Below, in pieces: positions 45,439 through 55,052 of a stretch of 64,000 bases of DNA (its first letter is position 1; each line of letters opens with the position of its first letter). A program made the translations under genes and the position numbers. This DNA is from Saprolegnia diclina VS20 (lineage: Eukaryota), in assembly GCF_000281045.1 (NCBI RefSeq), contig NW_008246124.1, forward strand, positions 245,629 through 309,628. The letters are read 5' to 3'. The notes beneath the pieces were generated by a model, which searched no databases, was not told the origin of the DNA, and was given only the letters and a program-made list of their open reading frames with translations.

Positions 45439-47313
45439 TTACTCTAAGCGGCGGTACTCGTGACCGCGGCGGTGCTGGCGGATAAAGACGATCCCGACGA
45501 CCGTCATGCCCGCGATAGCCACGACGGCGCTCACGAGCCAGAGCGCCGTCGACTGCTGCGGCGGCGCCTGCAGCGCGAGGATCGCAGCCGGCGGCTTGTA
45601 CGCGTGGGGCTCGGGCCAGCTGGCAAAGTTGGTCGACTGCAACCACCACGCAGGGTACCCGGGCGCCTTCATGTCGCCCGACCGGTCGCCGTGGATCACA
45701 TACCCGTCGCTAAACTTGACAACGAGATGGAACGCCAGGCGCCACCACTTGTCGACCATGGCTTGGGCAAATGCATTCGTCTTGGCTTCAATGAACGCGA
45801 GACGCGCTGTCGGGTCGTCCATGGTCATGGCCGTCGCACGCGTCTCGGCCTCGAGCGCGATCGCGTCCGCCTGCAGCGCTTGCAGCACTGTGCTGATCTC
45901 AGCGTGGATGAGGTCGTAGCGCAGCATGCTCCAGTTGTTGACAAACTCAAACGCCCACCACGCCGCGCTCGTGTCAAACTCGTTCTTCCGGGACGCGAGG
46001 TACGACGACGGAATCGACGTCTGTGCGCACGAGAACGGGGCGTAGACCGAGCCATGGGGCGCGCCGAGCGCGTACCACGTGACGCCGCCCACGTCATCCG
46101 GCAAGAAGCCGCGCGCTTGGAGCACAAAGCTGTGCGTCGTGCGGTGCATCGAGATCGCGCGCTCCCAGCCGCCCGTCACGTTCTTGGTCGAGCCGCCAAA
46201 GCGCACGGGGCTGCCAAAGGGCCCGGCCGCCACCTCCTTGGTCATGTCGAACGGCGTGCCCTCGTAGTGGTCGCGCATGAGGTCCATGAGGTCCGTCGGC
46301 GCAACGAGCTTGTCGGGCTTGATCGAAAACGGGTACGTTGCGACTTCGGGGTGCTGACCCAATGTCGCATCGAGCGCGAGCGACGGTGCGAGCACGTCAA
46401 AGACGCGCCAAATGCGGCGGCCGCCGTACAGCGGCTTGCTCGGGCCGGGCTTGGCCCAGCTGTACGCCTTGGCAAAGTCGAAGTCGCCGTCCACCGCCGG
46501 GTTGTACCAGCCCATGTCTTGGGCAAACGAGACGACGTTGCTCGACGCGAGGTAGTTGTCGCTGTCGCTGAGGTTGAGCGTCCGAATCACAAACGAGTTG
46601 GCGACGACCGCCACGTGCTCGTCCGGTACGCGCTGCGCCGCCCAGACCGCCGACGTGTTCTTCGGGCCCGTGAGCATGTGCAGGATCCAGCTCTCGCCAT
46701 ACTTGTCCGAGATACCGAGCGCTTCCGACGAGCTGCCGTAATTCGCCTTTTGGTTCTTCCCATACTCGCCAAAGAACCCGTGCTCGACCGCGAGATCGCC
46801 CATCGTCGTGATCGCACAGCGCGCCGAGTCGCAGCGCTCGAGCGCAATCTTCGAGAGCTCTTCAATCTGAAAGAGGTTGTGACCATAGTGCAGCGACGAC
46901 GGCCACCCGACCGTCTTGGCCGCGCACGTGCTCTCGGCGATGCTCAGCTGCTGGTCGTTGATCATGCCATAATCGTGGTCAAAGTACCCATACGTGTACG
47001 GGACTTGGTCAATGTAGCCGAGCGGCGCAGAGAGCGCCTGGCCCTCCAGCGGTGCATACAGCGGTCCGCGCTCGGCGGTCACGAGGCGCGGGTACCCGTT
47101 GCGCTGGAAGTTGTACACGGCGCGTCGGCTGCCCGCCGTGTGGTTCATCGCAGGCACGCGGACCATGCGCAGGTCCGCCGGGTTCAAGCCCGCGTCGTTC
47201 GTGTGCGAGACCAGCACCGAGCCGTCGACGGTCGCCTTCTTGCCCACAGAGATGACGGTGCACGCGTCGACGGCGACCGTCGCCGCCAGCAGCACACCAC
47301 CGAGTACGCGCAT
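45439..47313 (-). CDS. Peptidase family C69 (dipeptidase/secernin-like Ntn hydrolase), signal peptide plus C-terminal TM
   Basis: SP then CTVISVGKKATVDGS (N-terminal nucleophile Cys), GMINDQQLSIAEST, WAAQRVP, RDHYEGT, WERAISMHRT. Confidence 0.93.
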   Translation of the reverse strand: MRVLGGVLLAATVAVDACTVISVGKKATVDGSVLVSHTNDAGLNPADLRMVRVPAMNHTAGSRRAVYNFQRNGYPRLVTAERGPLYAPLEGQALSAPLGYIDQVPYTYGYFDHDYGMINDQQLSIAESTCAAKTVGWPSSLHYGHNLFQIEELSKIALERCDSARCAITTMGDLAVEHGFFGEYGKNQKANYGSSSEALGISDKYGESWILHMLTGPKNTSAVWAAQRVPDEHVAVVANSFVIRTLNLSDSDNYLASSNVVSFAQDMGWYNPAVDGDFDFAKAYSWAKPGPSKPLYGGRRIWRVFDVLAPSLALDATLGQHPEVATYPFSIKPDKLVAPTDLMDLMRDHYEGTPFDMTKEVAAGPFGSPVRFGGSTKNVTGGWERAISMHRTTHSFVLQARGFLPDDVGGVTWYALGAPHGSVYAPFSCAQTSIPSSYLASRKNEFDTSAAWWAFEFVNNWSMLRYDLIHAEISTVLQALQADAIALEAETRATAMTMDDPTARLAFIEAKTNAFAQAMVDKWWRLAFHLVVKFSDGYVIHGDRSGDMKAPGYPAWWLQSTNFASWPEPHAYKPPAAILALQAPPQQSTALWLVSAVVAIAGMTVVGIVFIRQHRRGHEYRRLE

Positions 47314-47522
47314 GGGCCAAAATTTGCAAGTGCCCGAAGATCGCCAAGCATGTTCGTATCCGGAAGACCGACGCGACCATACAAAGACAGAGACGACCTT
47401 GAGGTTGAAGCCGGTGCCGTCCGGATAAGAGGGCCAAGACGGTTTGTATCGAGTTGAAGTTGGCGCCGTTGGCGGGATTCCAAGGCCAGCAAGCCACCCG
47501 AGTCGGTAGCTTCTTAGCGGTC

Positions 47523-48349
47523 TTATAGGTACAAGGACGAGGAAGGTAATAGTCGTGGCGGCATGGGCACGGCGCACGTTGTCAGCGGGCCAAACGACCC
47601 AAAGACGACGATTCTAGGTGTAAAGTCGGGCGGTCGAAGCAGCGCGGCCACCGCGTCCAAGCGCGCGTCTACGATGCCAATCTGTGCGAATGTGATGGAA
47701 GATGACACGTACAGCACTGGGCAGCGGCGACGCTGTACCGGGACGGGTGTACGTGGCGCTCCTTGCGCGAGCGCCGCACCTGCCGCGGTGTGGCTTGGCG
47801 CGTCCTCGTTAGAAACACTCTGCGTGGCGCGTTCTGGCGCTCGCTCTTGGTCGCGGTCAGCGGCAGCAGCAATCTCGGCGAAGCGTCCGTGTTGTCGGGT
47901 ACATCGACCTCCATGCACGTCGACGGCGCGATGTCATCGGTCGAGCTCGACTCGCATTCGTCTTCGTCGCTCGAGTCGGCGAGAACGATCGAGTTTCGCT
48001 CAGCGCGGGCGTATGCGCGGGTGTTGCGCACGACAGCAGGGTCACGTCGCCGCCGCTTGCGCGGCGTCGTGGCGGGTGCTGCTGCCGTTGGCGTCTCCTC
48101 GGCTGCTGGTTGCGCCGGCGCTTCCACGGGTGATGGCAGCGCCGGTGGCTCCACGGGTGATGGCTGCGCCGGTGGCTCCACGGGTGATGGCTGCGCCGGT
48201 GGCTCCACGGGCGATGGCGCCCGCCGACGCATCATGCGCTGGTACCTACGCATGTTAACCATGAGCAGATGGCCTCATCGCTCAGCGCCGGCGTACAAGA
48301 GGTCGAACTCGGCCTGGCGCAAGCGCGCATCCACGTCGTCGTCGGCCAT
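47523..48349 (-). CDS. Hypothetical disordered Pro-rich protein with basic NLS-like cluster (3-exon model)
   Basis: ATG 48349; intron 48246-48296 joins in frame to ORF 47669-48262; a second GTACG..TAG intron leads to the stop at 47523; RKRRRR motif. Confidence 0.5.
48110..48217. repeat. 27-bp coding tandem repeat x4 (PSPVEPPAQ)
   Basis: CCACGGGTGATGGCTGCGCCGGTGGCT units. Confidence 0.9.
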
Positions 48350-48540
48350 CGCGTCGTGCCGAATTGGCGGCTGAGTTGCGTCCACTAAATATGGCGTATG
48401 CCGAATGTTAGTTTCGCGGCAACACCTCGAAGTGGATCTACCGTAGTTTTGTTCACATACAGTGTTTGTATGGGACGGCTCCACTTCGACTTCGATCCGC
48501 GGGCAGTTGCGATCTTGCGAGGAAGCCACAGATCTACACC

Positions 48541-49632
48541 ATGCGGAAGCAGCAGTTGCAGCGGCCGACGGACCGCGCAAGAAGCCGTGGGCTCGACGCT
48601 GTAGACGACCATGGCGCCGTGGCCAACTCGGACGACGAGCCGGACGCGATTATCCCCGACGACATCAAGGCCTACTTCGCCGGGCGCATGGAGGGCACGC
48701 CGTCAACGTACACGATGGTGCAGGTGTGCGAGTACATCTTGGAGCTGCTCGTGCAGCTCTCGCAGCGCGAGGGTACGCTGCTGCCGCTGGCGCTTCGCGC
48801 CCGTGCGATCGGGGACAGCTTGAGCCTTCCACGCCGGCGCATCTACGACGTGCTGCACATCTTTGACGCGATCGGACTGGTCACGCGCGTCCCGAACGGA
48901 AGAGGATACTGGTACTATGGCGAAGGCAACATTGTGCCCACGCTCGAGCGCCTCCGGGAGCGCGCGATGGCGGCGGTGGCCGACGTGCGCACTGCAAGCG
49001 TCGACCAGATTATCCGCATCTTGTCACCGGACGCTCCGACCAAAGACACAGGGACCGCGCTCTTGCGGACAACGACCAAACTCCTCCGGCTCCTCTTTGC
49101 GGCCAACCGCCCGGTCGTCCAGTCGGACCTCCGTCTCGTCGACGACAACGGGTCGGTGGGCTCGGCGTTGGCGCCGGCGCAGGATCGGCGCACGTACGAT
49201 GTGCTCGCCGTGCTTGTGCGGTGCAACGTGGTGCAGATTCGTGCGTCGAACGGCGGTCCGAAGCGCGTTAGCATCAACCCGACGCTCTTCTCGCCCGCGT
49301 TCTCGCTCTTTGCGCCGCCGACGAGTGTCTCGACCAAGCGCAAGGGCCTGCGCTCGATGACAGCAACGACCAAGCCACATGCCAAGAAGCACCGCAGCAA
49401 CAAGAGCACTGGCGTGCCCGGCTGGCGCGACTACCCGAGCTTCCTCACGCTGCCCATGTCGGAGAGCGTCACGAGTGCGACCGACGCGGCCATGGCGCTC
49501 GTCGACTGGGACACGCGTGGCGAGTTTTGGGGCGCCGAGACGACGGTCGATGCGCTCTTCCCGGTGCTGGACGACGGCGGAGCGTGCTGCGACCTCGACG
49601 CGCTCCTCGCATCCGACGACTGGGACGTCTAA
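48541..49632 (+). CDS. Atypical E2F-like transcription factor with two winged-helix DBDs, paralog 1
   Basis: RRRIYDVLHIFDAIGLV..Y.YYG and RRTYDVLAVL..CNVV. Confidence 0.85.
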   Translation: MRKQQLQRPTDRARSRGLDAVDDHGAVANSDDEPDAIIPDDIKAYFAGRMEGTPSTYTMVQVCEYILELLVQLSQREGTLLPLALRARAIGDSLSLPRRRIYDVLHIFDAIGLVTRVPNGRGYWYYGEGNIVPTLERLRERAMAAVADVRTASVDQIIRILSPDAPTKDTGTALLRTTTKLLRLLFAANRPVVQSDLRLVDDNGSVGSALAPAQDRRTYDVLAVLVRCNVVQIRASNGGPKRVSINPTLFSPAFSLFAPPTSVSTKRKGLRSMTATTKPHAKKHRSNKSTGVPGWRDYPSFLTLPMSESVTSATDAAMALVDWDTRGEFWGAETTVDALFPVLDDGGACCDLDALLASDDWDV

Positions 49633-49801
49633 TACTAGCACTCGTTCATCCACGTCGTGTTGCAGCGGGCAAAAAAGCGGGCGATGGCGCCACCGATCGT
49701 TTCTCATTGGTGGAAAAAGAAGTGCCGGTGGGCACGGATTGGCTAAAATCCTGGGGCCGGCCCGATTATGACCTTGCACAACGTGTTTCAATCTTGGCAG
49801 G

Positions 49802-50845
49802 ATGGATCGGCAAGGCGCGGGGAAGGGGCGGAGGCTCCCGAGCATGCATGTGGCGATCAAGCCGCGGACGTCGGCCAAGCTCGCCAAGCGCGACGACGAC
49901 GCGGACCCGTGCTCGCCGGGCGCGTCCAAGGAGCTCAAGCTGCGCTTCGCGCGCCGGGCGGTCGAGATCGGCACCAAGACCATCTCGAACGTGTGCGAGC
50001 TCGTGCTCGAGCTGCTCCGCGAGCTCCAGGAGGCCTGCACCGAGTTCCCCGTCGCGCTCCGCGCCAACTGGATGGAAGAGGTGCTCGGGCTGCCCCGCCG
50101 CCGCATCTACGACGTCTTGCACATCCTCCAGGCCATCGGGCTGGTCACGAAGCGCGTTTCGTCCGACGGGCTCAACGGCCACGGGCACATGTTCTACGGC
50201 GACTACTTTGTCGTGCCCACCGTGCGCAGCATGCTCGAGCTCCAGGAGAACGCGCCCTTGAACGACGCCTCCGACGACAAGTGGCCCGCGCTCTCGCTCG
50301 CGACCGTCAAGTTTATCAAGTTTCTGCTCTTAAATGGCAACGCGATCCGGCGCCACCTCATCCACACGATCGAAGACGAGAAGCCGTCGACGACCGCGAT
50401 CCCGGCTTCGAAGGGCCGGCGCATGTACGACGTCCTCGCCGTCCTCGTCCAGTGCAACATCGTCTGGACCAACACAGACATGGGCGTCAAGTACATCTAC
50501 TTGAACCGGGACGTGCTCAACCCAAAAGCCAACTTTAGCGTCTTCCGCGACCCGGACGCGAAGGCGCCGCCGACAGCGAGCCTCGCGCCCAAGAAGCGCG
50601 CGCGCAAGGAGCCGGCGACGCCCGCCCGTCGCGCGAAACACCGCCCGACTTGCGACGAGACGCTCACGGGGCTCTTTGGCGACTGCCAGTGCGGCCACGC
50701 GCCCGAGCTTGCATCGCCGGACGCCCAGTGGCAGTCGCTCCTGACGCTCGGCGCGTCGATCGTCGACGCGTGGAGCAACACCGACCGCGACGGGCTCTCG
50801 CTCGAGTGCTACGAAGGCGTAGCGTCCGTCGACGACTTTGTCTGA
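49802..50845 (+). CDS. Atypical E2F-like transcription factor with two DBDs, paralog 2
   Basis: RRRIYDVLHILQAIGLV and RRMYDVLAVLVQCNIV; the start could be ATG 49844. Confidence 0.85.
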   Translation: MDRQGAGKGRRLPSMHVAIKPRTSAKLAKRDDDADPCSPGASKELKLRFARRAVEIGTKTISNVCELVLELLRELQEACTEFPVALRANWMEEVLGLPRRRIYDVLHILQAIGLVTKRVSSDGLNGHGHMFYGDYFVVPTVRSMLELQENAPLNDASDDKWPALSLATVKFIKFLLLNGNAIRRHLIHTIEDEKPSTTAIPASKGRRMYDVLAVLVQCNIVWTNTDMGVKYIYLNRDVLNPKANFSVFRDPDAKAPPTASLAPKKRARKEPATPARRAKHRPTCDETLTGLFGDCQCGHAPELASPDAQWQSLLTLGASIVDAWSNTDRDGLSLECYEGVASVDDFV

Positions 50846-51127
50846 CGCCACGTTGTTATTTATTCGTCCTATCTTAATCTACTAACTTGCGTGATTTGAC
50901 TCTACTAACTTGGCAGCTTGCGACTCGAGTCGTGTTGCAGTCGACGTGCAAGGCTGCGAGGGCGTCGAATGGGTTCAAGTGTTGAAGGTGCTTGCGTTTA
51001 AGGCGTAAAACTCTAGCAGCGTCCAATACGAGCAATCACGTAAAACAAGAACGTACGCGTGCGTGAATAGGTCCAACACGTAAAAGTTGATATGGAAAGA
51101 GGTAGAATGAGTAAAATAGGTAGAATG

Positions 51128-51290
51128 GGGGTGGGGGTGGCGCACGCGCACACCCCCGCTGGCAAAAATTGCGCTGTGGAGGAACCCGAAGGCACTCCTA
51201 GGCCATTACAGCACCGGAGTGCATGAAGGCCTGCTCCGGCCCAAGTCAACCCCCGAGTTGATCAGGGTCGAGCTCCAGCCAGGTAAGTAT
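51128..51290 (-). ncRNA. U1: U1 spliceosomal snRNA
   Basis: 5' ATACTTACCTGG; SL-I loop GATCA; SL-II loop ATGCAC; SL-III with TTCG loop; Sm site AATTTTTG; GC-rich SL-IV; length ~160 nt. Confidence 0.96.
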
Positions 51291-51385
51291 GATTTTCACT
51301 ATTGAAGAATTCGAGCATTCCTGCATACAGAATTTGGCTCTGTTTTGTTCCCCACGTAGCTTTTGCAATAATTAGGTCCATCACG

Positions 51386-51531
51386 CAAATAGTATATGTA
51401 CACTATTTGAAGCGTTCTGCGTGGCGCGCACGCGTGTCGAGAAATGCCTCCCGCCAAGGCACGGCCCGACGCACGGAAATAGTGTGAGTTGATATTGAGC
51501 TGCAACCGTGCCAAACGATGTACACTATTTG
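51386..51531. promoter_or_regulatory. Repeated ACACTATTT(G) motif in the U1/ERCC6 divergent promoter
   Basis: ATGTACACTATTTG at 51396 and 51518; inverted copies at 51386 and 51477. Confidence 0.5.
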
Positions 51532-51615
51532 GTGTGTTCCCGGGGCGGGGTTGCGTGGAAATAGCCAACGGTAATTCGGACTTCCTTGCATTTCGACATA
51601 ACCGCAACAAGGTCC

Positions 51616-54197
51616 ATGAGCCACGTTGATGATGGCCGCGAGGTTGACTACCAGAAGCGGCTGGAGGAGCTGCGCCAGACGCGCGAGATGGAGCGAGAGC
51701 AGGCCATGGTCGAGAGCGAGGAGGCGGGCGAAGCGTACGTGGCGCCGCAGGACGAGCTCTTGGACGACGGCTTGGCCGTGCCGGCGCGGGTCTGGTCGGC
51801 GCTCTTCCCGCACCAGAAAGAGGGCATCCAGTGGCTCTACCAACTACACGTGCAGAACGCCGGCGGGATCCTGGGCGACGACATGGGCCTCGGCAAGACC
51901 GTCCAGATCGCCGCGTACCTCGCATGTCTCCGGAAGATGCAACTTGTGCATTCGGTACTTGCCGGCCATCGCCTCGTCGAGCTCACGTGCGCGTAGGTGC
52001 TACTGGCGTGCCCAGCCTCGGTGCTCTGGCAGTGGGTCCGCGAACTCCACAAGTGGTGCCCCGAGCTGCGCGTCGTGCTCTTGCATTCGTCGGGCGCTTC
52101 AACGACCAGCTACGGCACGACGATCAAGCACACGTTCGAGGCCGGCGGCGTGCTCCTCACGACGTACGAGAACCTCCGCGCGAACGCCGAGCACCTTCTC
52201 GGGAAGGAGTGGGACTACGTCATCCTCGACGAAGGCCATCGCATTCGGAACCCGGACGCGGAGATCACGCTCGTCTGCAAGCAGCTCCGTACCGTCCACC
52301 GCCTCATCCTCACCGGGTCGCCGATCCAGGTACACCATCTAGCTATACTTCAATCCCTATCTCGAGATAGAACAGGCTCAAGGAGCTCTGGAGTCTCTTT
52401 GATTTCGTGTTTCCCGGCAAGCTTGGGACCTTCCCGACCTTTGAAGACGAGTTTGTGCTGCCGATCCGCCATGGCGGCTACGCGAACGCAACCAAGATGC
52501 AGATCCTCATGGCGTACAAGTGCGCGCTCGTGCTCCGCGACCTCATTGCGCCCTACATGCTGCGGCGACTCAAGAAGGACGTGCAGATCGCGACGGCGCT
52601 GCCGACCAAAATGGAGCAAGTGATCTTTTGCCCGCTCTCGCCGACCCAAGCCAGCATCTACCGCGCGTACCTGGCGTCACCCGAAGTGCGCTCGGTGCTC
52701 GCGCGCGATGTCCGGCCGTTCCGGGCGCTTACGATCCTGCGGCAGATCTGCAACCACCCGAGTTTAATGACCGACCACATCCCGGACGCGGTGGAGGCCG
52801 ACACGGACGATGTGATCGCGCAGTCGGGCAAGCTCACTGTGCTGCAGACGATCTTGGGTGTGTGGTTTAGGCAGCAGCACCGCGTGCTCGTGTTCGCGCA
52901 GCACCGGCGGACGCTCGACCTGCTGTCCAAGTTGATGGCGACGCTTGGGTACAAGTACTGCCGGCTCGACGGCACGACGTCGGTCAAGGAGCGGCAGACG
53001 CTCATTGACGCGTACAACGACCCGCACTCGGAGCTCTTTTGCTTTCTCTTGACGACCAAGGCCGGCGGGATCGGCGTCAACTTGACGGGCGCGGACCGCG
53101 TGATCATTTTCGATCCGGACTGGAACCCGAGCACGGACATGCAGGCGCGCGAGCGGGCGTGGCGCATGGGCCAGACCAAGCAGGTGACCATCTACCGGCT
53201 CATTACGTCGGGTACGATCGAAGAGAAGATCTACCACCGCCAGCTCTTCAAGCAGTACCTTATGAACAAGGTGCTGCGCGACCCCAAGCAGAAGCGGTGC
53301 TTCAACCACAACGCACTCCGCGACCTCTTTACGCTCAGCGACGGCACCGAGCTCCAAGTCGACGACGCCGGCAATCAGGTGGCAACGACCGGCACGGAAA
53401 CCGGCGACTTGTACCTGCATGGGCACGTGGCGCCACCCACGGTCGACGAGACTGTGGACGACGCCGCGCTTTTGCAGTCGTCGCTGGGCAGCGTCGCGCG
53501 CGTTGAGCGCCGAGCGGTCGAGCCGGACGAGAAGGACGACGAGGCCGTCGAGGTCGAGGCGGACGATGCCGAACTCAAGGCGGACGACGGCGGCAAGGAC
53601 AACGCCGAGCTGCTCCAAGCGCTCTTTGACGGCGGCAGCATCAAAGGCGTGTTCAGCCAGGACCGCATCGAGAGCGACGGTGTGCACAACCAAGAAGCCG
53701 ATCTGATCGAGATCGAGTCGGCCAAAGTCGCCAAGTCGGCGCTGAGTACGCTCCGCCAGTCGTGCAGCGCGATCCGGCAGCAGCGCGAAGATCAGTTTGA
53801 AGTCACGTGGACGGGCAAGAGCGGGAGCGCGGGCAAGCGGCTCTTTGGCGCCGCCGCGCGCGGCCTCAAGCGCAGTGGCCACGAGCACGCGTCGCGCCAG
53901 TCGAGTGCGATGCTGCAGAAAATCAAGAAACGACGCGATGCGATCGACGGCGCCAACAAGGTGACAGCGGTCGCGTCCTCCTCGGACGTCCAGTACCAGA
54001 GCATCGACGAGCTCACCAAGCAGCTGCACGCGTTCCTCGAGCGGCACAACGGCGTCAAGACGGACGTGATCATCGCCAAGTTTGCGCCGGCGGTGTCACC
54101 CAAGGACAAGGACGTCTTCCGCAACCTGCTCCGGAGCATGGCGACGTGCGAGGGCCGCGTGTGGCGGCTCAAAGACGAGTTTCGCACCGCACGGTAA
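51616..54197 (+). CDS. ERCC6: SNF2-family transcription-coupled repair ATPase CSB/Rad26 (introns 51955-51996 and 52330-52370)
   Basis: GGILGDDMGLGKT, LDEGHRIRNPDAEITL, GSPIQNRLKELWSLFDF, DWNPSTDMQARERAWRMGQ, TWTG, C-terminal VFRNLLRSMA..WRLKDEF. Confidence 0.95.
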
Positions 54198-54719
54198 CCC
54201 AAGGTGTATATATGTAAACGATAAGAACTGGTTGCACGCTTGCTGCTGCTGATCGCGCTCGGAGCTCGGTGGTCTGCGCTGGCAAGGCGTGGGACCGGGA
54301 CAGGCCCAGTGGTGGTGGTACTGGACTGAGTCGTGGGTGGCTACTCCGATCTTCTTCTTCTTCCTCGACCCGTCGCGAGCAGTAGCTTGAGGAGGAGCGT
54401 CAAGGTTGCTGCAGCAACCTTGATGAAGGTCATCGCGATCTTCCAGCTGCCCTTGCACCGGCTGTTTCGTCGACGGACGCAATACTAGTGCGATGGGCAA
54501 GCGTCGCTTCGCTTGTGGTCAGCGCGCGCAGCTGCCGGTCGCACCGGAAACGGCGCCGAGCACCCAAGCGCCGTCGCTCGCCTTGGTGCTGGACAGGCTC
54601 TCGCCGGCGTCGGACTGCTGGAAGCTCCGGTGTCCCTCGCCCTGTGAGTAAGCGCTTTGACAAGTGTATGAAATCTCAGTTTACTGCAGCACCTCCTGCA
54701 ACGTGTGGTTTGAAGGCCT

Positions 54720-54871
54720 GTGATTGGCGCTATTCTTAGACATATGTGTTCTGATTGGTGGGATCTCCAATGCGGCCCGAGTGCGACTCGAAACGTATAC
54801 AAACTTCAAGGCATTTGATATGCGTCTGCACCCTTGGTGGTCGTGCGACTAGATCCGCGCGCGATGATTGG
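54720..54871. promoter_or_regulatory. Cluster of TGATTGG (reverse CCAAT) boxes upstream of the myosin gene
   Basis: TGATTGG occurs three times; GATTGG/CCAATC also lies upstream of other starts (about 10588, 38075, 38257, 49737). Confidence 0.5.
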
Positions 54872-55052
54872 GCACGACGAGCAGCGTTGTAACGCTGGCT
54901 TGTATTATATTTTGGACGTTGTACTTGATGTTCGTAGGCGGCATTAAATATGCAGAATAAAAAGACCCGAGGTAGAGTCCGCCCCAAGATAGAACCCACT
55001 TCATCATCTGGCTCGCCATCGCCAGCCTCGGACTGCCGCGGTGCTGGCGGCG

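Noticed and set aside
50878..50912. TCTACTAACTTG repeated twice (contains the TACTAAC branch motif)
   Set aside because: Lies after the E2F-like stop with no clear donor or downstream exon; probably a small duplication.
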